A stretch of 64,000 nucleotides of DNA from an uncultured Acidimicrobiia bacterium (GTDB taxonomy: Bacteria > Actinomycetota > Acidimicrobiia > Acidimicrobiales > Ilumatobacteraceae), in NCBI GenBank assembly GCA_963833145.1, contig CAWHWT010000006.1, forward strand, positions 33,221 to 97,220. The letters are read 5' to 3'. Position numbers and translations under genes: made by a program. Shown piece after piece: positions 1 through 8,944 of the stretch. A model generated the notes under the pieces. It saw only the letters and a list, made by a program, of their open reading frames with translations, was not told where the DNA came from and did no database searches. The first letter of the stretch is position 1; every line of letters starts with the position of its first letter.

Positions 1-1206
1 TCGGAGCAGCGGCTGCTGCTGCTCGGCGCCACGTTCACCCAGGAGTACGCGGTCGAAGCGACGTCTGTGTGCAATCCGAGCGCGGTCGCGGCCATCGACC
101 AGAGTGGTCTCGAACCGGGGGAGCTGCGCTTCGTGCTGAGTGTTCGTCAGATCGGCGAGGGCCACACCTCGTCGATCGGTTTTCGCCAGGGCGTGATCGG
201 GCCGGCCGGCGGTTTGTCGATCGAGGACCGAACACCGTTCTCGACCGCGGGCACGATCGAGGACGTCACGCTCGACGCCGAGCTGTTCCGAGATCTGACG
301 ACTGACGTCGACGCGGACTCCGTCCGCTGGGTCCTCGACCACCTCGGTTCGCACTTCACATCAGGCCGACTCCTCGAGCGCCTGCATCAGCTCGAGGCGC
401 AGCAGGACACTCGTCGCGATGTCCCCCAGACCGTGTCCAGGTTCGTCGAGCGGGCGTCACGGTGTTACGCCGTCAGCTTCCCGGAGTCGTCCCAGGTCGA
501 CGAGCGCGTCCTCACCCCGTCCGCCGCCGCCGAGTCGAATGGCCTCGAGGACGCCCGGTTCGTGCGCTTCGTCGACGACGACGCAACGATCACCTACTAC
601 GCGACCTACACCGCGTACGACGGATCGGCGATCGCCCAGCAGCTGCTGACCACGACGGACTTCGAGACCTTCACGTCCTCACCCATGGTGGGCGCCGCGG
701 CCGCCAACAAGGGCCTCGCGCTGTTCCCGCGTCGCATCGGAGGCGATCTCTACGCACTGTCCCGTCACGACGGCGCGAGGAACGCCGTCGCCAGGTCGAA
801 CGACGTGTGGCACTGGCCGGAGGCGGTGCCCCTCGCCGTGGCCGGCACCATGTGGAGCTCGGTCCAGGCCGGCAACTGTGGCTCGCCCATCGAGCTCGAC
901 GAGGGCTGGCTCGTCCTCACCCATGGCGTCGGCCCGATGCGCACGTACTCGATCGGTGCGCTGCTCCTCGACCTCGATGACCCGACCGTCGTCATCGGCC
1001 AGACCGAGCAGCCACTGATCGCTCCGCTGCCGAACGAACGGGACGGCTACGTACCCAACGTCGTCTACAGCTGTGGCGCGCTCCGCCACGACGACACGAT
1101 CCTCATCCCCTTCGGCATCGCCGACGCCCGGATCGGGTTCGCCACCATCACCACCGCCGACGTCCTCGCCGCGATGACCAACCGCGGAGCCGCCGCCCAC
1201 CCTTAG
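1..1206 (+). CDS. GH130-family glycoside phosphorylase/hydrolase-like protein, 5' end outside window
   Basis: Track ORF 67..1206. The same frame stays open back to nt 1 (SEQRLLLLGATFTQEYAVEA..). The C-terminal half shows GH130-like propeller motifs by eye (DARFVRFVDDD..YYATYTAYDG, NKGLALFPRRIGG, GSPIELDEGWLVLTHGVG, YSIGALLLDLDDP, YVPNVVYSCG). Memory-based, no search. Confidence 0.8.
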   Translation, partial: SEQRLLLLGATFTQEYAVEATSVCNPSAVAAIDQSGLEPGELRFVLSVRQIGEGHTSSIGFRQGVIGPAGGLSIEDRTPFSTAGTIEDVTLDAELFRDLTTDVDADSVRWVLDHLGSHFTSGRLLERLHQLEAQQDTRRDVPQTVSRFVERASRCYAVSFPESSQVDERVLTPSAAAESNGLEDARFVRFVDDDATITYYATYTAYDGSAIAQQLLTTTDFETFTSSPMVGAAAANKGLALFPRRIGGDLYALSRHDGARNAVARSNDVWHWPEAVPLAVAGTMWSSVQAGNCGSPIELDEGWLVLTHGVGPMRTYSIGALLLDLDDPTVVIGQTEQPLIAPLPNERDGYVPNVVYSCGALRHDDTILIPFGIADARIGFATITTADVLAAMTNRGAAAHP

Positions 1207-1235
1207 ACACACGTCCCCGACGAGAGGAGCAGCAG

Positions 1236-1346
1236 ATGGCCGATAAGTCGCCACGCCAACACCAATCGAAGAAGTCAGGCAAGTCCTTGAAGGAGAAGCG
1301 AGGAGAGAAGAAGGCGAAGCAGGCCAGCAAGCGAGCGGGGTCATGA
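1236..1346 (+). CDS. 36-aa Lys/Arg-rich micro-protein, copy A (MADKSPRQHQSKKSGKSLKEKRGEKKAKQASKRAGS)
   Basis: Below the 60-aa cut-off of the ORF track; found by reading. GAGGAG lies 6 nt upstream of ATG 1236. The stop TGA 1344-1346 overlaps ATG 1343 of the next ORF (ATGA). The paralogue at 20977..21087 differs only synonymously over codons 1-30. Confidence 0.65.
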   Translation: MADKSPRQHQSKKSGKSLKEKRGEKKAKQASKRAGS

Positions 1347-1624
1347 CCGTGCAGCCGTCGGTCGACGAGCCTGAAGCCGATGACCAGCTGGTGGCGATGC
1401 TGCGTACGATCGGCGCCGGCGACCCCATCGGCGGGCAGCTTGACAGCGCGACGCTCGCCCGGCGGCTCGGTTGGCCGGCCGCGAGGACCGCGGCCGCGCT
1501 CGGTGCCGCCAAGGGCCGCCTGCTGATCTGGGGCATCCGCGTCGGAGGCACGCCCGCGCCCTGCTTCGAGGAGATCGAACTCACCGTGCAGGGTCGCCGC
1601 CTTCTCACCGCCGCCGACAGCTGA
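1343..1624 (+). CDS. Small (93 aa) conserved protein, possible winged-helix fold, copy A
   Basis: Track ORF 1343..1624. It is translationally coupled to the micro-protein. About three quarters of residues are identical by eye to ORF 21084..21374 (LDSAxLARRLGWxAARTAAxLGxAK..LLIWGIRVGGxPAPxFEEIELTVQGRRLL). The fold guess is inference only. Confidence 0.65.
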   Translation: MTVQPSVDEPEADDQLVAMLRTIGAGDPIGGQLDSATLARRLGWPAARTAAALGAAKGRLLIWGIRVGGTPAPCFEEIELTVQGRRLLTAADS

Positions 1625-1642
1625 GATCGGACCCCGCCGACT

Positions 1643-1669
1643 CGCCGCCGAGGTCACGGCCCGGCGGCG
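1643..1669. terminator. GC-rich hairpin between convergent genes (candidate bidirectional terminator)
   Basis: CGCCGCCG (1643-1650) and CGGCGGCG (1662-1669) are perfect complements with an 11-nt loop. The hairpin sits between stop 1622-1624 (+) and stop 1670-1672 (-). No U-tract. Confidence 0.35.
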
Positions 1670-3721
1670 TCAGGAGCTGCGCACGACGGCGAACCCACCC
1701 GCGGGGACCCTGACGACCACGTCCTCGGCAGGCGCCGAAGTGCGACGCACCAGGCGGCCCGTCTCGTCGTAGGTCTCCACGTGGGCAGTCGAGCCCACCG
1801 GCAGACTCATCTCGACCCGCTCGGTGTGGCGGGCGAAGCTGCGGAGCAGGGCGGTGGCGTTCGAGTCGTTGACGAGCACGACGTGTTCGATCTCGGGCTG
1901 CACGAGCAGCGCATCGACGACGCTGTCGCGTCGGCTTCCCCGGACGACCACCGTTTTCACGTCGTTGACCGACTTCGGGAGCGTCTCGACCGCCAGCAGA
2001 CCGGGCGCCGGTGAGTCGCCCTGCCGCCCGACACGTGAGTGCCTGAGGACGCCCGCCAACCGGCGGGGTGTCGTCCACGTCGTCGTTCCCGCGGACGGGT
2101 CGAGTAGCACGACCGGCATCAGCAGGTTCCGTCCGGCCGCGAGGCCACCGACGTCGATCGTCAACTTGCCACCCGGCGAAAGGAGGACACCGGCACCACC
2201 ACTCCACAGGCTCTCGCCGGTCCAATCCTCGGGATCGTAGACGTCGGCTCCGTCTGGCCCGAACTCGCCCGACTCGGCTTCCACCAGCGTCCAGGTCCGA
2301 CGATCTCTGACGTCGGCGACCTGGGCGAGATCGGCGATGTCGCGGTTGCCGTCGAGGATGAGCATGGCGAGCAGCCCGTGGATCGTCGACTCGGCACCGG
2401 AGTTGCGGTTCACCACGCCGTCCCCGGCGACGCCGTCGTACGTCCGGCCGGTGGCAGGGTCGTACATCGCCTCTCCGGCCGGGTTGTTGCCGAAGAACCA
2501 GGCCGCGGCGATGCCGGCGACGTGGCGGAGGCCCGGTCGATTGCCGGCCTCGGCCGCCGCCAGCAGCGACTCCACACGGGAGTGGGCGCCGTAGGCGATC
2601 TGGACGCGGTCGGTTGGAGAGGGCAGCCACCCGTTCTCGGGCCCGGCCGCGATGAGCAGATGCGTGGTGAAGGCGGCGGCGTCCGACAGGGCAGCGCGGC
2701 GCATGGCGCTGTCTCCGGTGACCTCGTACGCCTGGGCCAATCCGGCCGGCGCGAGACCGCCCCATGCGTGCCAGACCGCTTGGGAGAGTCCCCACGGGAG
2801 CACAGCACCGAACGGCCAGTCGCGTGCGTCGCCGGATCGCATCGCCGCCACCCCGGCACCGAGCTTCTGCAGCACGCGCTGCGCCCGACGATCGTCGGTG
2901 GCCGCCACGTACGGGGCCAGTCCGAGGAGCGCCTCACCCGTAGCGTCGGCGCCGTCCACGATGAGCCACGCCGGTACGGCGACACCGTCGATGTCGAGCC
3001 ACTCGCGATAGCGAACGAGGACCTGACGTTCGACCGCCCCGAGCGCGAGATCGAGGCGGTCACGGAGGAAGCGGGCGAACGCCGGGTCGCGGTGGCGAAA
3101 GGCTGGGTAGGCCTCGCCGAGCGCCCAGATCGTCCGCGCCAGCCAGTACGACGGTCCGCTGTCGGATGGGTCGGGCAGCTCGACCGGATCGGCGCTCGGG
3201 TTCAGACTGCCGTCGGGCTGCATCCACAACACCACGTTGCCGGCGTTGGGCCCACTGATGGTCTGCAGGTAGGTCAGCCCCCGCAGCAACTGGTAGGCCA
3301 ACTGCCGGCTGGACTCTGCACCTGTCGCTCGCCAGTGGCGCACGTAGACCACGGCCGCTCGCGAGATGTCATCGGCGTTGAAGGCGCCTTGTCCCCAGGT
3401 GTCGGTGGCCGGGTCGTAGACCCCGCCGCCGATCCGTCGATAGCTTCCGTCGGCCTGGCGGTCGGCGTACGTCCACAGCACGCCGATCTCGGGCTCCGAG
3501 CCCAGCCGGTAGGTGGTGTGACCGACCTGGGGAGGAGGGGAGACCTCAGCGCCCAGCCAGTCGAGGTGGGCAAGGTTGGTCAGCCGGACCGCTTGGGCGG
3601 TCTGGTCTCGGCGGGTCGTCAGCCCGGTGGCCGGTGCCACCAGACCGGACGAGGCGATGAGGGCGGCGACGGCGCCAACGGTGAACCGCCTGAGCCGCCG
3701 AGGTGCTGAGGTGCGGATCAT
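1670..3721 (-). CDS. Secreted large protein with twin-arginine-type signal, probably glycan-active; family not identified
   Basis: 683-aa ORF. The N-terminus is MIRTSAPRRLRRFTVGAVAALIASSG (RR motif plus hydrophobic stretch). It is the last gene of the minus-strand sugar operon, 58 nt after the GH130 gene. The enzyme-class guess rests on context only. Confidence 0.7.
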   Translation of the reverse strand: MIRTSAPRRLRRFTVGAVAALIASSGLVAPATGLTTRRDQTAQAVRLTNLAHLDWLGAEVSPPPQVGHTTYRLGSEPEIGVLWTYADRQADGSYRRIGGGVYDPATDTWGQGAFNADDISRAAVVYVRHWRATGAESSRQLAYQLLRGLTYLQTISGPNAGNVVLWMQPDGSLNPSADPVELPDPSDSGPSYWLARTIWALGEAYPAFRHRDPAFARFLRDRLDLALGAVERQVLVRYREWLDIDGVAVPAWLIVDGADATGEALLGLAPYVAATDDRRAQRVLQKLGAGVAAMRSGDARDWPFGAVLPWGLSQAVWHAWGGLAPAGLAQAYEVTGDSAMRRAALSDAAAFTTHLLIAAGPENGWLPSPTDRVQIAYGAHSRVESLLAAAEAGNRPGLRHVAGIAAAWFFGNNPAGEAMYDPATGRTYDGVAGDGVVNRNSGAESTIHGLLAMLILDGNRDIADLAQVADVRDRRTWTLVEAESGEFGPDGADVYDPEDWTGESLWSGGAGVLLSPGGKLTIDVGGLAAGRNLLMPVVLLDPSAGTTTWTTPRRLAGVLRHSRVGRQGDSPAPGLLAVETLPKSVNDVKTVVVRGSRRDSVVDALLVQPEIEHVVLVNDSNATALLRSFARHTERVEMSLPVGSTAHVETYDETGRLVRRTSAPAEDVVVRVPAGGFAVVRSS

Positions 3722-3779
3722 GGGATCCCCCTGTCTGCAGGTATCAGTGTCCGGATCGAGTGCAATGTGCGGCCCGTGC

Positions 3780-4859
3780 TCACGTGCGCGTCCGCTCGAG
3801 GAGCGCCGCCCCGATGCTGCTGTCGGCCATGCCGTAGAACACGAAGTCGCGGCCGTCGATCGTCGCCATGGCGGTCGGGAAGACGACGTTGGGCACCGTG
3901 CCGACCCGTTCGTCGACGGTCGCGGGTTCGAGGAGCGGCTCCGCGGTGCGGGCGATGACGCGGGACGGATCGCCCGCGTCGAGCAACATCGCCCCGGCGC
4001 GGTAGACGAGCGAGCCCTGCTGCGACGGGTCGAAGCCGGGCACGACCTCGCCTTCGACTCCGTGGTGGATGAGGAGCCAGCCTTCTGGGACCCGCACGGG
4101 TGGCGGACCGGCGCCGATCTTGGCGCTCTCGTACGGGCGCTCGGGCAGGGCGACGCAGCGGTGGGCGTGGACGAGCGTCAGCGCGCGGATGTCGGCCTCG
4201 ACGTGTTCGGCCGGGACGTACGAGATCCAGATGCCGGGCCGGTCGTCGGTGAGACCGGCGGGCAGCCGCGTCGCGGCCGGCTCGAGTCCTGACATGGTCT
4301 GGTCCCACATCGGGCGGTGCAACATGGCGTAGCTCGGTACGCCGTCGGGGCCGGGGATCGGCTCCGGGAAGATCACGGCATCTTTGTTGGGGTACAGGTT
4401 GAGGTCGATGTCCATCCCGGGCTGGTAGGCGAACAGCACGGGGCCGAGTCGCTCCCACGCCTCGAGATCGCGAGAGACCGCCAGCGCGATGCGTGGACCG
4501 AGGGGGCCGAACGCGACATACGTCATCAGGTGAGCGTCGAGCCGCTCGACGAAGGTCACTCGGGGGTCTTCGACCCCGCCATGATTGGCGCCGCGTTCCC
4601 ATCCTTCGTCGGGCGCCAACACGACACCACGGCGATGGACCCGGGTCGGGACGCCGTCGTCGGTCACGACCTCGGCCAGGCCGATCCGGGACACATTGCC
4701 GGCGGCGACCAGCCGGGGCAAGAGGTGCAGCCGGCCGTCAGGCGTGTGCCCGGTCGCGGGATTGAGGACCCCCTCGACCTCCCACGGCTCGCCGGGCTCG
4801 GGAGACATGACGGTGCCGACGCGCGTCAAGCGGTACGGGATGTCGCCGTCGTCCGTCAC
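3780..4859 (-). CDS. GH130-family mannoside phosphorylase/beta-mannosidase-like protein
   Basis: 359-aa ORF with a GTG start 3 nt after the permease stop. Motifs seen: PWEVEGVLNPA, GGVEDPRVTF, MTYVAFGP, GWLLIHHGV, YRAGAMLLDAGDP, VPNVVFPT. Confidence 0.85.
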   Translation of the reverse strand: MTDDGDIPYRLTRVGTVMSPEPGEPWEVEGVLNPATGHTPDGRLHLLPRLVAAGNVSRIGLAEVVTDDGVPTRVHRRGVVLAPDEGWERGANHGGVEDPRVTFVERLDAHLMTYVAFGPLGPRIALAVSRDLEAWERLGPVLFAYQPGMDIDLNLYPNKDAVIFPEPIPGPDGVPSYAMLHRPMWDQTMSGLEPAATRLPAGLTDDRPGIWISYVPAEHVEADIRALTLVHAHRCVALPERPYESAKIGAGPPPVRVPEGWLLIHHGVEGEVVPGFDPSQQGSLVYRAGAMLLDAGDPSRVIARTAEPLLEPATVDERVGTVPNVVFPTAMATIDGRDFVFYGMADSSIGAALLERTRT

Positions 4860-4862
4860 TCG

Positions 4863-5762
4863 TCAACCCTTGACGGCGGAGCCGATGTCGCTCGTCCTGA
4901 AATGGCGCTGGAAGACGACGAACAGCACGATCACCGGTGCCGCCAACACACACGCCCCGGCGAGGATGGCTCCGAACGGGTTGGCCGCCCGGGATGCGAG
5001 GTTGGAGATGTAGTTGGCCAGCGAGACGGCGAGCGGCTGCATGTCGGCGTCCTTGGTGACGAGGAACGGCCACAGGAACTCGTTCCAGGGGCCGATGAAG
5101 GTGACCAGGGTGACCGTGAGGATCACCGGGCGGGCCAGTGGGATGGCGATGCGCCGGAGGATGGCGAACTCGCCGGCGCCGTCGATGCGGGCCGCCTCGA
5201 ACAGCTCGACGGGCAACTGGAGGAAGAACTGGCGGAAGATGAACACTGCGACCGCGCTGATGGCGAACGGCAGGATCATCCCCAAGTAGGTGTCACCGAG
5301 CCCGTAGTCCCGGACCAGCAGCACGTACAGCGGGATGATCAACAGCTGGAACGGGATGGTCTGCACGAGCAGCACGGTGGCGAACGCGACGCCGCGGCCC
5401 CGGTAGTGCAGGACGGCCAGCGAGTACCCGGCCAGCAGCCCGAAGAACAGGGTGCTGAAGACGACCGCGGCGGTGAAGATCCCCGAGTTGACCAACGATT
5501 GGAGCAGACCGATGCTTCCGTTGATGTCGCTGTAGTTCTTGGTGGTGAGGTTGGCCGGGTCCGGGAAGGCGCCGCCCACGCTGGTGTCGGGCTCCTCCTG
5601 GAGCGACCCGACGAGCATGTAATAGAACGGGAAGAGGAAAACGAAGGCGCCGATCGTGAGCGCCACCAGCCGCACGACCGAACGTTGGTGGCGAGGCTGT
5701 CGTGGTGCTGGTCTGGCTGTGGCGGCCGGGTCCACCACCACAGCGTCGATGGTGTCTGTCAC
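4863..5762 (-). CDS. Carbohydrate ABC transporter permease (MalG-like)
   Basis: 299-aa multi-TM ORF with an EAA-type loop (FEAARIDGAGEFAILRRIAIP). The GTG start overlaps the upstream permease stop (GTGA). Confidence 0.9.
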   Translation of the reverse strand: MTDTIDAVVVDPAATARPAPRQPRHQRSVVRLVALTIGAFVFLFPFYYMLVGSLQEEPDTSVGGAFPDPANLTTKNYSDINGSIGLLQSLVNSGIFTAAVVFSTLFFGLLAGYSLAVLHYRGRGVAFATVLLVQTIPFQLLIIPLYVLLVRDYGLGDTYLGMILPFAISAVAVFIFRQFFLQLPVELFEAARIDGAGEFAILRRIAIPLARPVILTVTLVTFIGPWNEFLWPFLVTKDADMQPLAVSLANYISNLASRAANPFGAILAGACVLAAPVIVLFVVFQRHFRTSDIGSAVKG

Positions 5763-6709
5763 TTCGTCCCCCTCTCAGTCACCCACTTGGCCAGGAGACT
5801 GACGATGGCCACGAAGATCACGAGGAGCACGCCGACCGCTGCCGCGAACCCGGCGTCGCCCTGTTCGATGCCTCGTTGGTACAGCACGAACACCGGTGTC
5901 GCGGACGCACCGTTGGGTCCTCCGCCACCGGTGAGCAGGTAGGGCTCGGTGAACAAGTTGGATCCGGTGATGACGGAGATGATGACGATCAGCGTGGTCG
6001 CCGGGCGGACGCCGGGCCAGGTCACGTTGCGGAACTTGCCCCAGCGGCCGGCCCCATCGATGCCGGCCGCCTCGTAGAGCTCTTTGGGGACGTTCTGCAG
6101 CGCGGCGAGGTAGAGCAGCACGTAGAACCCGAGCTGCTTCCAGGCGACGTACACCGCGATGGTCGGCATCGCCAACCTCTCGTTGATGAGGAACGCCGGG
6201 TCGGGGGCCAGCGGGCCGAGGACCCTGTTCACCAGGCCGTTGCTGCTGAACAGCCACAGCCATACCGCGATGGTCGCCACGCTCGCGGTGACGTAGGGCA
6301 CGAAGTAGGCCGTGCGGAAGAACGTGCGGAACGGGATCGCGGCGTTGAGCGCGACCGCCAGACCGATCGCCACGACCACGGTGAGCGGCACGTTGATGAC
6401 AAGGAACACGATGACGTTGCCGAAGGACTCGATCACTTGATCGTCGGTCAGCGCGGCCGTGTAGTTGTCGAACCCGACGAACGGCCGGTCGACGTCGGCA
6501 CCCGGTGCGGCGAAGAAGTACTCGTAGAACGACATCCAGACGGCGAAGCACAGCGGGAACGCGTAGATCCCCACGAAGAAGAGCGCCCACGGCGACACGA
6601 ACAGGTACCCGGTGAGTTGGCGGCGCCGCGGGTTGCGGCCACCGGTCGGCGCCGGCGTCGCCTCGACGACGCCAGCGTCCGGCCTGGGGATGTTCGCAGT
6701 GACGGCCAT
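5759..6709 (-). CDS. Carbohydrate ABC transporter permease (MalF-like)
   Basis: 316-aa multi-TM ORF with an EAA loop (YEAAGIDGAGRWGKFRNVTWP). Confidence 0.9.
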   Translation of the reverse strand: MAVTANIPRPDAGVVEATPAPTGGRNPRRRQLTGYLFVSPWALFFVGIYAFPLCFAVWMSFYEYFFAAPGADVDRPFVGFDNYTAALTDDQVIESFGNVIVFLVINVPLTVVVAIGLAVALNAAIPFRTFFRTAYFVPYVTASVATIAVWLWLFSSNGLVNRVLGPLAPDPAFLINERLAMPTIAVYVAWKQLGFYVLLYLAALQNVPKELYEAAGIDGAGRWGKFRNVTWPGVRPATTLIVIISVITGSNLFTEPYLLTGGGGPNGASATPVFVLYQRGIEQGDAGFAAAVGVLLVIFVAIVSLLAKWVTERGTK

Positions 6710-6720
6710 CTGCTCTGCGC

Positions 6721-8100
6721 TCAGCTCTCGGCGGCGAGCGTGTTGATCTCCTCGGCGGCTGCGGTCAGCGCCTCCTCAGGATCGCCTTCGCCGAAGATCA
6801 CCGACTCCGACCAGGCGTCGCGAAGGGTCTGCCAGATCTCGATCGAGTTCGCCACGTTCGGCACTTCGACGGTCCGGTCCGCCTGCTCGGCGAACGCCAC
6901 GTAGTTGGGGTTGGCCGTGAAGTAGTCGGCGTAGGTGTCCACAAGGTTGGTGCGCATCGGCATCTGACCGGTGGCCTCGAGCAGGGCCCCGTCCTGGGCC
7001 TCGCTGGTGGCGAACTTCATCACGTCCCACGCCGTGGCCTGGTTGTCACACGCGGTGAACATGCCGATCGACTTCTCGTCGCTGAACGTCTGGATCTCTT
7101 CGGGCGGCGTGCCTGTGGGGGTGGGTACGGGGACGACGCCCCAGTCGACCTTGTCCCCGTACACGGCGACCGCCCACGGCCCCACCGTGGCCATCGCCGA
7201 CAAGCCGTCGGCGAAGGCGTCCCCCGTGTGCTCCTCTCGGGGCGCGAGCCCTTCGTCGTAGATCGTCCGCCAGAGGTTGGCGACGCCGAAGCCCTCCTCG
7301 GTGGTGAAGGTGGCCTCACCATCCTCCACCAGCTGCTTCCCGCTGGCCGCGATGTACATGGGATAGAAGTCGAACCAGTTCTGGAAGAACTGGCTCGTCG
7401 GCGCGGGCCAGATCGCCGCTTGGGCGCCGCCGTCGGACACCAGCGTCCGGGACGTGGCGAGGAACTCGTCATAGGTGCTCAGCGGCGGGTTCTCGGGGTC
7501 GAGTCCGGCCTCTGTGAACATCTCCTTGTTGTAGAAGATCATCACCGGGTTGGCCTTCCAGGGCATCTGGTAGAGGTTCCCGTCGGGCGAGCGGTACTGC
7601 TCGGCCCCCTCGCCGGACCGGTCCGTCACGTAAGCGGCGCTGTCCTCGAAGCCGTCCAACGCCACTAGCCCGCCCGCCTTCTGGAACTGCGGCACCGCCG
7701 CTGGGGCGGTGTTGAAGATCAGGCACGGCGCATTCCCGGCAGTGATCGACGCGGCGATCACCGCTTCGCTGGTCTCGCCGGCCGGGATCTCCTGGGCGGA
7801 GATCTGCTCGTCGGGGTTGTCGGCGTTCCAGGCGTCCACCATCGCCTCACCCCACGCCTTCTCCTCGGTGTTGTTCGACAACCAGACGTCGATCGACCCG
7901 CGGGCGCCCAACGCACCCTCGGCCTCACCGCCACCACCATCGTCACCGGTACCGGGCGCGGTGCTACCACCAGTACCGGGTGCAGTACCACCAGTACCGG
8001 TCGCGGTAGTTCCACCACCACCTTCGTCATCGTCGTCGCCGCACGAAGCGGCGATCAACAGGATCACGGTCACCAGCGCTGCGGACTTTGAACGTCTCAT
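6721..8100 (-). CDS. Extracellular sugar-binding lipoprotein of ABC importer
   Basis: The track ORF 6721..8121 starts at TTG. I prefer ATG 8100, which follows AAGGAGGAGGA. The product starts with MRRSKSAALVTVILLIAASCG (lipoprotein-type signal), followed by a Gly/Thr/Asp-rich linker and a family-1 solute-binding-like body. Confidence 0.9.
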   Translation of the reverse strand: MRRSKSAALVTVILLIAASCGDDDDEGGGGTTATGTGGTAPGTGGSTAPGTGDDGGGGEAEGALGARGSIDVWLSNNTEEKAWGEAMVDAWNADNPDEQISAQEIPAGETSEAVIAASITAGNAPCLIFNTAPAAVPQFQKAGGLVALDGFEDSAAYVTDRSGEGAEQYRSPDGNLYQMPWKANPVMIFYNKEMFTEAGLDPENPPLSTYDEFLATSRTLVSDGGAQAAIWPAPTSQFFQNWFDFYPMYIAASGKQLVEDGEATFTTEEGFGVANLWRTIYDEGLAPREEHTGDAFADGLSAMATVGPWAVAVYGDKVDWGVVPVPTPTGTPPEEIQTFSDEKSIGMFTACDNQATAWDVMKFATSEAQDGALLEATGQMPMRTNLVDTYADYFTANPNYVAFAEQADRTVEVPNVANSIEIWQTLRDAWSESVIFGEGDPEEALTAAAEEINTLAAES

Positions 8101-8117
8101 CCGTTCCTCCTCCTTGC

Positions 8118-8561
8118 TCAATCAGTTGCTCGGTTGCCGGACGGCACCAACGTCGAGTCGTCTGCGAGCGCGAGCGTCGAACGCCGCTCGTCACCCGCGC
8201 CGCGCCAACGGGGGTGGCGATCGAAGTGATCGTCGAGGCCACATACGTCGAGGAGGTGGCGAGCGCGCCTCGAGGGCGATCGCAGCGTCAACGTCCGCGA
8301 TCGCAGGGCGAGGAATTCGCGCGCCCGGATGAACAGACGGACTGTCGCCGCGTCCATGAACTCCACCGCGCTCAGGTCGACGACGAGGTCGGCGTCATCG
8401 AGCGCGATTGCGCGCGCCATTTGCTCCGACAGGGCGGTGACCGTGGAGGCGTCGTGCTCGCCACGGAGCAGAACGACTCGATCGGCGCCGCGGCCCGCGA
8501 ACGCCGCGGGAACTACACGAGAGACGTCGCCCGACGAGTATTCGGTCAGAGCCAAGCGCAC
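8118..8561 (-). CDS. STAS-domain protein (anti-sigma-factor antagonist-like)
   Basis: 147-aa ORF. The stretch VVLLRGEHDASTVTALSEQM..LVVDLSAVEFMDAATVRLFIRAREFL is typical of SpoIIAA/RsbV-like STAS proteins. The start is uncertain (GTG 8561 or TTG 8555). Confidence 0.75.
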   Translation of the reverse strand: MRLALTEYSSGDVSRVVPAAFAGRGADRVVLLRGEHDASTVTALSEQMARAIALDDADLVVDLSAVEFMDAATVRLFIRAREFLALRSRTLTLRSPSRRARHLLDVCGLDDHFDRHPRWRGAGDERRSTLALADDSTLVPSGNRATD

Positions 8562-8944
8562 CCTCCCGGCACCAGTCGCTTCGAATTGCGCGGTACCGGG
8601 GTCTCGAGCATCGCTCCCGAGCCGGCGGGTCGCCGGCTCAACACGTCAGGGCGCTTGCCCTGTCATTGTCACCATACACCCATGACCCTGCAGCGGATAG
8701 GGGCGCCGAGAGGGCGACGCGCGACTTAGCTGACTCGGCCGCGATCGCGGCATTCCCCGCCACTTTGCTAGCGGATCGACGCCTTCGTCGACGGTCGGCG
8801 TCCGTGGTTTGTCGCACTGGCGTCCGACATTGGGCGGGCCGGGTGTGCCGGACTGCGGGTTGGGGCATACTGGTTGTCCCGGGCATGCGTTTGACCTGGT
8901 CCCTGCTGAGCGCCTTCCCCGACGTTCGGAGGTGACCATGCGGA

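Noticed and set aside
7905-8035. Repetitive ACC/GGT-rich DNA that could look like a tandem repeat.
   Set aside because: It encodes the Gly/Thr/Asp/Pro-rich low-complexity linker after the lipoprotein Cys of the sugar-binding protein. It has no regular unit or spacer structure and is not CRISPR-like.
8619-8662. Two adjacent hairpins (GAGCCGGCG-GGT-CGCCGGCTC and CAGGGC-GCTT-GCCCTG) in the 383-nt divergent region between the STAS and GAF-ANTAR genes.
   Set aside because: Short GC hairpins are frequent by chance at this GC content. They have no U-tract, no gene ends here, and I recognise no riboswitch-like conservation.
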